DNA from: a candidate division WOR-1 bacterium RIFOXYB2_FULL_45_9
Lineage (GTDB): Bacteria; Margulisbacteria; WOR-1; O2-12-FULL-45-9; XYB2-FULL-48-7
Assembly (NCBI GenBank): GCA_001771575.1
Contig: MEUD01000001.1
Span: 991,277-1,055,276, forward strand
Reading direction: 5' to 3'
DNA length: 64,000 bases
This document shows, in pieces, positions 19,598-27,345 of this stretch; position 1 is the stretch's first letter, and every line of letters begins with the position of its first letter. The translations under genes and the position numbers were made by a program. The notes under the pieces were generated by a model. That model ran no database searches. It was not told where the DNA came from and saw only the letters and a program-made list of their open reading frames with translations.

Positions 19598-21559
19598 ATG
19601 AAATTCTTTACCAAACTTGACGATATATATACGAGGGGGAAAAGCCAAATGCTAAACATCAAATTGTCGCGTGCTTGTGTCGCTTTCTTATTGCTTACAG
19701 CTTTAAGCTTACAGCTTGTTAGCCCTGCCTTCGCCTCCGGCTACCTCGCTGACCCAATGAGCATCGGCGTCGGCGCCCGCTCTATGGGGATGGGGAAAGC
19801 GTATGTCGGTATGGCTGAAGACGGGGACGCGATTTTTACCAACCCGGCCGGGATCGCCGGCATCAGCTCCGCCAAGCTCTCCAGCATGTACACCAACCTG
19901 ATGGGGGACGTTAATTACACCGTCCTCGGCGGCGCCTTTCCTTATGGCGACAAGTCGGCCATCGGGATCGGGCTGGTCAGCTCACGCGTGGCCGATATTA
20001 CCCTGCGCGACGATACCGGAGCGATCACCGGCTCCAACCTGACCTGGGGGAGCCACGTTTTGTTCGTTTCTTACGGCACCTATTTAAGCGAACTGCCGCT
20101 CAATTTGAATTTGGGCAAAGATGTCGCTGTCGGAGCCAATCTCAAGTATTATAATGTCGGCGGCTCCGGGCTCGACGGGTCCGGCTCCGGTTTTGACGCC
20201 GATCTCTCGGCCCTTTATCCGGCCAATGAATACGCAACCCTCGGCGTCACCCTGCAGAACGCCCTGCCGGCCAGCATCGGGGCCAAGATCACCAAGTCTG
20301 GGAGCGATTACGACTCTATCCCGTCAACCCTTAAGGTCGGCGCCAAAGTCGCCCTGATGGATAAAGAAGGGAAAGGGCTGTTTACCAACAACAGCCGCAA
20401 GCTTTACACCAATGTCGATTACGATTATTATCCGACCAGGACCAGCGTCCCCGGAACTCTTCACGCCGGAATCGAGTTCTGGCCGACCGAAAACCTGGCC
20501 CTGCGGGCCGGTTCCGACAGTTCCGACCTGACCCTGGGGGTCGGTGTCCGGGCTTCCGGCGTCGCTTTCGACTATGCTTATCATCCTTACAGCGGGATCA
20601 CCGAAAACACCTCCCACTATTTCTCGATCAGCTACGTCGGCGACCCGACCAAACGGACCCTCCAGATCTCGGTCGACTCGCCGGCCGACAAAGCGGTCAT
20701 TTATGACGACAACATAAAGGTCTCCGGCAAGGTCAATTTCACCGAAGGGGAAATCGGCCCCACCATCAAAGACGTGACCATTAAGGTCAATGGGGTCAAT
20801 GCCCAGGTCATGCCTGACGGCTCCTTTACCGCCAACTCTCCGGTCAACAAATACGGCAAGAAACTGATCGTCGTGGAGGCAACCACTCCCGCCGGCGACG
20901 GCACGGTCAAAGAACTGCGGCTCGTCCGCCTGACTTCGTTTGCCGACGTTCCTGAAGGGTACTGGGCCAAGATGCCGATCGAAAACAACGCCACCGTCGG
21001 TCTGGTCCAGGGTTATCCGGACGGCAACTTCAAGCCGGCCAGCGCCCTGACCCGGGCCGAGCTCGCCACCCTGCTTGTCAGGGCCAGGGGGATAGAACCC
21101 TCCGCCGGCCGCGCCCGCCAGGTCTTCAAAGACGTCAAGCCTGATTTTTGGGGAGCCAAGTACGTTGAGATCGCCCAGCGCGAAGGACTGATCAAGGGTT
21201 ACCCGGACAAGACCTTCCGACCCAACAACAAGATCAGCAAAGCGGAAGGGATCGCCGTCCTGGTCCGCTTCGACAAGCTCGCTTTAGCGGAAGTCGACGC
21301 CAAACCGTACTGGGACGTCTCCATCCATCATTGGGCGGCCCGCCACATTCAAGCGGCCAAAGACGCCGGGATGCTCAAGTTCGTCGACAACAACAGGCTC
21401 GGTCCCAAACAAGTCTTAGTCCGCGCCCAGGCGGTTGACATGCTGGGTAAAACATCTCTGGCGAGTGGCAAGATCAAAGACCTCTACACCTGGGAAAAAG
21501 GTTTCCAGAAAGAGTTCACTCCAGAAGATCGGCCAAAGATCAGGGCGTCAGTTTACTAA
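19598..21559 (+). CDS. FadL/PorV/PorP-like outer-membrane beta-barrel + Ig-like module + 3x SLH domains (barrel-SLH 1)
   Basis: Signal peptide. N-terminal 'GARSMGMGKAYVGMAEDGDAIFTNPAGIAG' (NPA strand motif of the FadL/PorV/PorP families). About 300 aa of alternating-hydrophobic beta-strand pattern. Three SLH repeats ('FADVPEGYWAKMPIE...', 'FKDVKPDFWGAKYVEIA...', 'YWDVSIHHWAARHIQ...'). An alternative ATG start lies at 19649. Confidence 0.8.
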   Translation: MKFFTKLDDIYTRGKSQMLNIKLSRACVAFLLLTALSLQLVSPAFASGYLADPMSIGVGARSMGMGKAYVGMAEDGDAIFTNPAGIAGISSAKLSSMYTNLMGDVNYTVLGGAFPYGDKSAIGIGLVSSRVADITLRDDTGAITGSNLTWGSHVLFVSYGTYLSELPLNLNLGKDVAVGANLKYYNVGGSGLDGSGSGFDADLSALYPANEYATLGVTLQNALPASIGAKITKSGSDYDSIPSTLKVGAKVALMDKEGKGLFTNNSRKLYTNVDYDYYPTRTSVPGTLHAGIEFWPTENLALRAGSDSSDLTLGVGVRASGVAFDYAYHPYSGITENTSHYFSISYVGDPTKRTLQISVDSPADKAVIYDDNIKVSGKVNFTEGEIGPTIKDVTIKVNGVNAQVMPDGSFTANSPVNKYGKKLIVVEATTPAGDGTVKELRLVRLTSFADVPEGYWAKMPIENNATVGLVQGYPDGNFKPASALTRAELATLLVRARGIEPSAGRARQVFKDVKPDFWGAKYVEIAQREGLIKGYPDKTFRPNNKISKAEGIAVLVRFDKLALAEVDAKPYWDVSIHHWAARHIQAAKDAGMLKFVDNNRLGPKQVLVRAQAVDMLGKTSLASGKIKDLYTWEKGFQKEFTPEDRPKIRASVY

Positions 21560-21580
21560 TGCCTGTAGTCTTGATATAAT
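21552..21580 (+). promoter_or_regulatory. Candidate sigma70-like promoter for the second cassette
   Basis: -35 TTTACT (21552-57), 17-nt spacer, perfect -10 TATAAT (21575-80). It overlaps the stop of the upstream gene. Confidence 0.35.
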
Positions 21581-21595
21581 TGTCGACATAAATAG

Positions 21596-21646
21596 TACCT
21601 CCGAGTGCATAATTAGTTTTATTGGATCCAAGTTTACTCGGAGGTA
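21596..21646 (+). promoter_or_regulatory. 5'UTR hairpin with perfect 11-bp stem that sequesters the Shine-Dalgarno sequence of cargo gene 2
   Basis: 'tacctccgagt' (21596-21606) pairs with 'actcggaggta' (21636-21646). The loop is 29 nt. GGAGG lies inside the 3' arm. The ATG is at 21652. Confidence 0.45.
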
Positions 21647-21651
21647 AGATA

Positions 21652-23343
21652 ATGAAAATTAAAAGATTCCTTGGGACCATGTTAGTTGTCGGGTTATCAC
21701 TGGTCGCTTTTACCGGTATCGCCAATGCCACCGCCGTCACTGTTTCCTGTAGCAACACAAATTCACCAGCCAACCAGATCTATAACAACACCGGCGTCGG
21801 CGGGACCCTTTTACCCTCTGGCCGCTACGTGCAACTCATCCAATCAGCCGATAACACCGCAGGAGCGCCAAACAGCTCCACCGGTCTGCCAGCTGGCGAT
21901 ACGGTCATCTCTTCCGGAACACTCTCTGCCGCAGGCAACTTTACCGGCGCCTGCAATATCACTCAAAGTAATTACATCTACATCCGGGCCTGGGACACCT
22001 GGAACGGGACCGGTACCCCTTCCGGAAACTATGGAACCTCGATCCCAAGTAGTGTCGGCACCGGTTTTGTTTTTACTTATAAACCTGCCAGCTTCGCGAC
22101 CACAACCAGCTTATCCACACCCGCCACTCCGGCAGCATTAAGCGGGCTCAACCCGGACAACGGGACCCAAGGGGTCAGCAATCTGGCGGTCATATTAACT
22201 GGGACCAATATCCAGAATGGCGCCACCGCCACGTTCAGCGGGACCGGGATCACGATCAATTCAACAACTATCAACAGCGCGACCCAGGCAACGGTTAATA
22301 TCAGTATCGCGGCCTCAGCCCCCACAGGAGGTCGGACTGTTTCTTTAACCAATCCGGGCGCTTCAGCCAGCAATACCATCGCTTTTACCGTCAACGCTTC
22401 CGGCGGGGCCAACCACGCTCCAACGGCCAATGATGTCGCCACCTCAACGCCGACCAACACCGCGGTCATCGTCAACTTTAGCGCCAGCGACCCGGACGGC
22501 AATCCCCTGACCTATTCGCTGGTCTCAAGTCCAACCCACGGTAGTTTGGGCGCTATCAGCGGCAACCAGGTCACCTACACGCCGACTGCCGGCTACACCG
22601 GCTCCGACAGCTTCACCTACCGGGCTAATGACGGAACAGCCTACTCCAACGTCGCGACGGTCAACATTACCGTTGGCTCGGCAACGCCGCCGATCCCGCC
22701 AACTCCGGGAACTTCACCGGTCATTACCAACATCTATCGCTTAGGCTCCCTGGCGACCGATCCCAACAGGGCGATGGGCCCCGCGGGGGTCAGGATCATC
22801 GTGGAAGGGACCGGCTTCCGCGACAGCGCGACCAGCGCCAGCCGCGCCCTTGAGTTCACGTCGCTGACCACCTCCTCTCTGACCGAAGGGGTCATTATTA
22901 ACTGGACCGACACGACCATTGAAGCGATCCTGCCGGCCGGCCTGTCAGCCGGGCTCTACGCCGTGGACGTCAAGGTCTCCGCCCCGTCGGCGGCCGATCC
23001 ATCGATCATTACCACCTATGTTTCGACCCCGGCCAACTTCCAGGTCACTTCTTCGGCGGCCGGAGATATCGCTCAGATCTTCCCCAACCCATTCAACCCG
23101 CTGACCGAGCAGGTCAATATTGTCGTCAGCAATACCGGCGGCGCCTCCCGCCTCGGCTATTACATTTACGATATGGCTGCCCAGCTGGTTTACAAAACGA
23201 CTTCCGGCACCAGCCAAATCGCCTGGAACGGGATCGACCAATGGGGCCAGCAGGTAGCAGACGGCGCTTATCTCTTGCGGGTTGTCAACGAAGATACCAA
23301 GAGCTTGCTCGCCAAGGGTAAGATCCTCGCGGTGAAACGGTAA
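21652..23343 (+). CDS. Secreted TIG/Ig protein with cadherin-like module and C-terminal FlgD-Ig/T9SS-CTD-like domain (cargo 2, paralog of 16540..19587)
   Basis: The track ORF starts at TTG 21622. ATG 21652 with GGAGGT upstream gives signal peptide 'MKIKRFLGTMLVVGLSLVAFTGIANA'. N-terminus about 80% identical to cargo 1. 'NHAPTANDVATSTPTNTAVIVNFSASDPDGNPLTYSLV' is cadherin/VCBS-like. C-terminal 'IFPNPFNPLTEQVNIVV...GYYIYDMAAQLV...WNGIDQWGQQVADGAYLLRVV...KGKILAVKR'. Confidence 0.8.
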   Translation: MKIKRFLGTMLVVGLSLVAFTGIANATAVTVSCSNTNSPANQIYNNTGVGGTLLPSGRYVQLIQSADNTAGAPNSSTGLPAGDTVISSGTLSAAGNFTGACNITQSNYIYIRAWDTWNGTGTPSGNYGTSIPSSVGTGFVFTYKPASFATTTSLSTPATPAALSGLNPDNGTQGVSNLAVILTGTNIQNGATATFSGTGITINSTTINSATQATVNISIAASAPTGGRTVSLTNPGASASNTIAFTVNASGGANHAPTANDVATSTPTNTAVIVNFSASDPDGNPLTYSLVSSPTHGSLGAISGNQVTYTPTAGYTGSDSFTYRANDGTAYSNVATVNITVGSATPPIPPTPGTSPVITNIYRLGSLATDPNRAMGPAGVRIIVEGTGFRDSATSASRALEFTSLTTSSLTEGVIINWTDTTIEAILPAGLSAGLYAVDVKVSAPSAADPSIITTYVSTPANFQVTSSAAGDIAQIFPNPFNPLTEQVNIVVSNTGGASRLGYYIYDMAAQLVYKTTSGTSQIAWNGIDQWGQQVADGAYLLRVVNEDTKSLLAKGKILAVKR

Positions 23344-23354
23344 TGGAGGGGCAA

Positions 23355-25265
23355 ATGGAGAATATCATGAAAAACATTAAAAACATCCGGTTACTGACAA
23401 CGGTTTTTGCTTTATTGCTTACAGCTTACAGCTTACAGCTTATTTCCCCTGCCCACGCCTCCAGCTACATCGCCGAACCGACCGGCATCGCCGTCGGGGC
23501 CAGGGCCTTGAGCCTGGGCCGCGCTTATGTCGGTATCGCCGAGAACGGCGAAGCGGTCTTCGCCAACCCGGCCGGCATCGCCCTGATCACCGGTCCCAAG
23601 GTCAGCGCCATGTATTCGTCCGTCATGGGGGACGTGGGCTACAGCGTCTTGAGCGGCGCCTATCCGATCAACGATAAAGCGGCCCTGGGCCTCGGTTTTG
23701 CCAGCGCCAGGCTCTCGGGCATTCCCATTACCGATTCGACCGGCAATGTCCTCGGAACCGGGGGCTGGGGGAACCATGTCCTAACCCTCTCCTACGGCAC
23801 CTTTTTAAGCGCTTTCAATCCCAACTTTAACAAAGATATCCTGCTCGGCGCCAACCTGAAATATGTCAGCGTTGGCGGCGAAGGAACCACCGTTTCGACC
23901 GTCGGCGGGACGGCTCTCAACGCCGATCTTGGGGTCTTATTTCCGGTCAATAACCAGATCATGCTCGGGGGTGTTTTTCAGAATATCCTCGTTGGCAGTA
24001 AGCTCAACACCAGCGGCGGCTCAACCGACGACACTCTCGCCCCGGTTCTGAAGCTCGGTTCGCGCTTCAACCTGATCGGCGAAAGCGACAAGGCTTTCTT
24101 CAGCCATGCCACCCGCAAGCTCTACCTCTCCGTTGACGGCGATATCAACTTAAGCAGTAAAAAACCGTCCGCGCTTTACGCCGGTCTCGAGTTTTGGCCG
24201 GTCGAGAGCCTCGCCCTGCGCGCCGGCGCCGACAACGGCGACCTGACCGCCGGGATCGGCATCCGCTATTCCGGGGTTGAGTTCAACTACGCCTACCACC
24301 CCTATTCCGAGATCAGCGAGAACACCACTCATTACTTTTCGTTCGGTTACCTCGGCGAGGACAAAAAGCGGGAATATAACGTCCTGATCGAAAGCCCGGC
24401 CGACAAATCGATCGTCTATTCCGATAACGTCGCGGTCACCGGACGGATCGAAGGGTTCACCTCCTCCGACGCCGCCAAAAACCTGACCGTCAAGGTCAAC
24501 GACATCAACGCGGTTGTCTCCCCGGACGGTAAATTCCAGGTCAATGTCCCGGTCAACCAGTACGGCAAAAAGCTTTTGGTTGTCAAAGCTTACGATACCG
24601 AAGGAAATGCCGGGGCCAAAGACCTGCGGATCGTCCGCCTGACCTCGTTTGCCGACGTTCCCGAAGGGTACTGGGCCAAGATGCCGATCGAAAACAACGC
24701 CACCGTTGGGCTGGTCCAGGGATATCCTGACGGAAACTTCAAGCCGGAGAGGCCGCTCACCCGGGCCGAACTTGCCACCCTGTTGGTCAGAGCCAAAGGG
24801 ATTGACGTCAAGGACGATCGGGCCCGCCAGGTCTTCAAAGACGTCAAATCAGATTTCTGGGCCGCCAAGTACATTGAGATTGCTCAGCGCGAAGGGCTGG
24901 TCAAAGGTTACCCGGACAAGAGTTTCCGCCCCAATAACAAGATCAGCAAAGCTGAAGGGATCGCGGTTTTGGTCCGCTTCGACAAGCTCCCGCTGGCTGA
25001 AGCCAACGCCAAGCCATACTGGGACGTCCCCGCCTACCACTGGGCCGCCCGCTACATTGAAGCGGCCAAGTCGGCCGGGATGCTCAACTTTGTTTCCGAC
25101 AACCGTTTCAACCCGAAACAAGCGATGCTCCGCTCCCAAACTGTTGAAGTTCTTGGCAAAACTTCGCTGGCCGGCGCCAAGATCAAAGACCTGTATGAGT
25201 GGGAGAAAGGCTTTGCCCCATCAACCATCCAGGAGCGCCCGACGCTGAAGGCATCATTATATTAA
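23355..25265 (+). CDS. FadL/PorV/PorP-like beta-barrel + Ig-like + 3x SLH (barrel-SLH 2, paralog of 19598..21559)
   Basis: The track ORF starts at 23343, overlapping the previous stop. ATG 23355 follows GGAGG; ATG 23367 gives 'MKNIKNIRLLTTVFALLLTA...'. Same NPAG motif: 'GARALSLGRAYVGIAENGEAVFANPAGIA'. The SLH region is about 85% aa and about 93% nt identical to paralog 1. Confidence 0.8.
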   Translation: MENIMKNIKNIRLLTTVFALLLTAYSLQLISPAHASSYIAEPTGIAVGARALSLGRAYVGIAENGEAVFANPAGIALITGPKVSAMYSSVMGDVGYSVLSGAYPINDKAALGLGFASARLSGIPITDSTGNVLGTGGWGNHVLTLSYGTFLSAFNPNFNKDILLGANLKYVSVGGEGTTVSTVGGTALNADLGVLFPVNNQIMLGGVFQNILVGSKLNTSGGSTDDTLAPVLKLGSRFNLIGESDKAFFSHATRKLYLSVDGDINLSSKKPSALYAGLEFWPVESLALRAGADNGDLTAGIGIRYSGVEFNYAYHPYSEISENTTHYFSFGYLGEDKKREYNVLIESPADKSIVYSDNVAVTGRIEGFTSSDAAKNLTVKVNDINAVVSPDGKFQVNVPVNQYGKKLLVVKAYDTEGNAGAKDLRIVRLTSFADVPEGYWAKMPIENNATVGLVQGYPDGNFKPERPLTRAELATLLVRAKGIDVKDDRARQVFKDVKSDFWAAKYIEIAQREGLVKGYPDKSFRPNNKISKAEGIAVLVRFDKLPLAEANAKPYWDVPAYHWAARYIEAAKSAGMLNFVSDNRFNPKQAMLRSQTVEVLGKTSLAGAKIKDLYEWEKGFAPSTIQERPTLKASLY

Positions 25266-25289
25266 GCTTTAAGCTTAAAGCTGTAAGCT
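25263..25289. repeat. Array of 4 AGCTT-type heptamers (TAAGCTT TAAGCTT AAAGCTG TAAGCTA), palindromic, immediately after the gene stop
   Basis: Read directly. Related arrays occur at 19696-19716, 23421-23441 and 45410-45436. Confidence 0.6.
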
Positions 25290-25300
25290 AAAAAAAATAA

Positions 25301-25331
25301 AAGCCCCGGGTAAACCTGGGGCTTTTTTGTT
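25301..25331 (+). terminator. Rho-independent terminator
   Basis: 'agccccggg taaa cctggggct' stem followed by TTTTTTGTTG. Confidence 0.65.
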
Positions 25332-25477
25332 GTCTTTGTCCCACTCTCTGTCCCGCCCTTGCCCGAGCCCTTTGTCCCGCCTTTACTTCCGCCCTTTCCC
25401 CAAATAGCCTGAAATTTTTCCCATGATCCCCCGATAGATACTTGGTAGTTAATTAATATCTTTCAGGAGGAAAAACA

Positions 25478-26170
25478 ATGTCTATTAGAACAAGTTCAAT
25501 TGCTAATCACGCCCGGGTTGTTAATTTTGTCCGTCGGTTCGCCGCTCCGGCCCTTCTTCTGGCGGCTCAAACCGGCTGCGGCGAAAAATCAGCCGCGCCG
25601 ATCGACGCCAGGTGCGTCAATTTGCCGGCCACATCAGCCTGCTCAACCGCCGCCGCGCCGGCCGCGCCAACGGTAAGCGAGACCATTATCGTGACCAAAC
25701 TGGATGGAATTAAAGACCTTGTTCCAACCCTAAACACACCGCTCACCATTGGCCGACCAACCAGCCTGATTTTCTCTTTCCCTCAAGGGACCCAGGTTCC
25801 AACCGATTTTAGATTTTCCGCCCGGCTAATCGCCGCCGACGGCACCTCACCGCTCCCATTGTTTGACCAGAACGTCGGCATATCCGGCAACACCATCACC
25901 ATCCCTAATGTCACCCTTGCCGTCCGACCAGGAACTTACACCATCTCATTGATGGCTTACGACAGGAACAGCAATCTGGACAAGATCTATTCCTTGAACG
26001 ATATTAAACTGGAAGCAGCGGCAAGCGGAGCACAGCCAACCAGCACCAGCACCGTTCGTCCTCCGGTACCGACTTCAACGGGGGCTAAACCGCCCGTCAC
26101 GACAGCCGACCCATGTGCCGGAAAAACTGGCGTATTTCTGTCAGCTTGCAAAAAAGCCCAAGGAAAATAA
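25478..26170 (+). CDS. Secreted/lipoprotein-like protein ending in a Thr/Pro linker + 'DPCAGKTGVFLSACKK' motif
   Basis: AGGAGG RBS. Signal-like 'FAAPALLLAAQTGC'. C-terminal 'PPVTTADPCAGKTGVFLSACKKAQGK'. Confidence 0.65.
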   Translation: MSIRTSSIANHARVVNFVRRFAAPALLLAAQTGCGEKSAAPIDARCVNLPATSACSTAAAPAAPTVSETIIVTKLDGIKDLVPTLNTPLTIGRPTSLIFSFPQGTQVPTDFRFSARLIAADGTSPLPLFDQNVGISGNTITIPNVTLAVRPGTYTISLMAYDRNSNLDKIYSLNDIKLEAAASGAQPTSTSTVRPPVPTSTGAKPPVTTADPCAGKTGVFLSACKKAQGK

Positions 26171-26223
26171 GTTAATTGAAATTTTCCTTAAAATCCATCG
26201 ATATATATAGGGGAGAATAGAAT

Positions 26224-27333
26224 ATGAGCTATACGTCAATAATTAATCGAGTGTCCCGAAGAATAGCCCCGATCGCTTTGTCGGCCGCCGCTCTGCTTGG
26301 CGCCTGCAACAAAGCCGCTCCCAAGAAACACGTTTCCGGACAGCTCCCCAATAGCTCTTACGCCCATATAATGGAAAGCCGCGATCTGCTGGCCCAATCA
26401 ATCTGCGGCGCGAAGGCAACCGATGGGACAACCATCGCCACAGTTCCCAACAACCCACTACTTAACACGATCCTCTCCGTCAACGGCAAACAGGTGACTT
26501 TAGCCGAGGTCGTCGCCGAGTTTGTCATTCGGGAAAGCGACCAGCGGGCCAAATTTATCGCCTTAACACCGGGCAAGCAAGCCGAAGCCATTAAAGCGGT
26601 CGCCTCAAGAATTGATCCTAACAGCGGGATCCTCGCCAAGCTTTCTCCCGAATCCCTTGCCCTGCTCACTCGCTATTGCGAAACCGGCGGGCGCCCAACG
26701 CCAACCGGCTTGATCCCTCACGTTGAAGTTGGCATTACCGACCAAATGATCGAAGAGGCCATTAGCGGCGGCGCGCCGCTGGCCGCGTCGACATCAACGG
26801 CAACGGCCCAGCTTGGACTGCGGAGTTGCGACGCCAACATCCCCTGCTCGACCAACAATATTACGCCTGGGCAAAAAATCACCGTCACCCTTATTCTTAA
26901 TGGCAAGGATCTCCCGATAAGTATTAACGATTATCTCCTTAACATCGGCAACAGCGGATTGGTCGGCATCATTAAAACAATTGAATCTCATAATGCCGGA
27001 TATACGGTCCCAGGCACCGGCCGCACCTTGGCGGCTGACGGGACCGTTTTTACGATCGAATTCACGGCTGACACAAACGTCCGGGAGCCCATCCTCCGAG
27101 CTCTCAAACTCTACGTCAAACAGCAAAACAACCAAATTGCGGTTGCCGACCAGTCGGCCTTTATCAGGGTGCTTCTTCCCAGCGCCCCCGTGGCAACAGC
27201 AACTGTCGCACCACCAACGGCAACAACTCCGCCCCCCCCACCGGCTAAGACCGCGCCACCCGCCACGACAACCGACCCATGTGCCGGAAAAACTGGCGTA
27301 TTCCTGTCAGCTTGCAAAAGAAACCAAAGGTAA
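26224..27333 (+). CDS. Lipoprotein ending in a Pro-rich linker + 'DPCAGKTGVFLSACKR' motif
   Basis: 'IALSAAALLGAC' lipobox-like. C-terminal 'PPPPPAKTAPPATTTDPCAGKTGVFLSACKRNQR'. The last roughly 50 nt are nearly identical to the 3' end of the previous gene. Confidence 0.65.
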   Translation: MSYTSIINRVSRRIAPIALSAAALLGACNKAAPKKHVSGQLPNSSYAHIMESRDLLAQSICGAKATDGTTIATVPNNPLLNTILSVNGKQVTLAEVVAEFVIRESDQRAKFIALTPGKQAEAIKAVASRIDPNSGILAKLSPESLALLTRYCETGGRPTPTGLIPHVEVGITDQMIEEAISGGAPLAASTSTATAQLGLRSCDANIPCSTNNITPGQKITVTLILNGKDLPISINDYLLNIGNSGLVGIIKTIESHNAGYTVPGTGRTLAADGTVFTIEFTADTNVREPILRALKLYVKQQNNQIAVADQSAFIRVLLPSAPVATATVAPPTATTPPPPPAKTAPPATTTDPCAGKTGVFLSACKRNQR

Positions 27334-27345
27334 AAGGAGAAAAAA

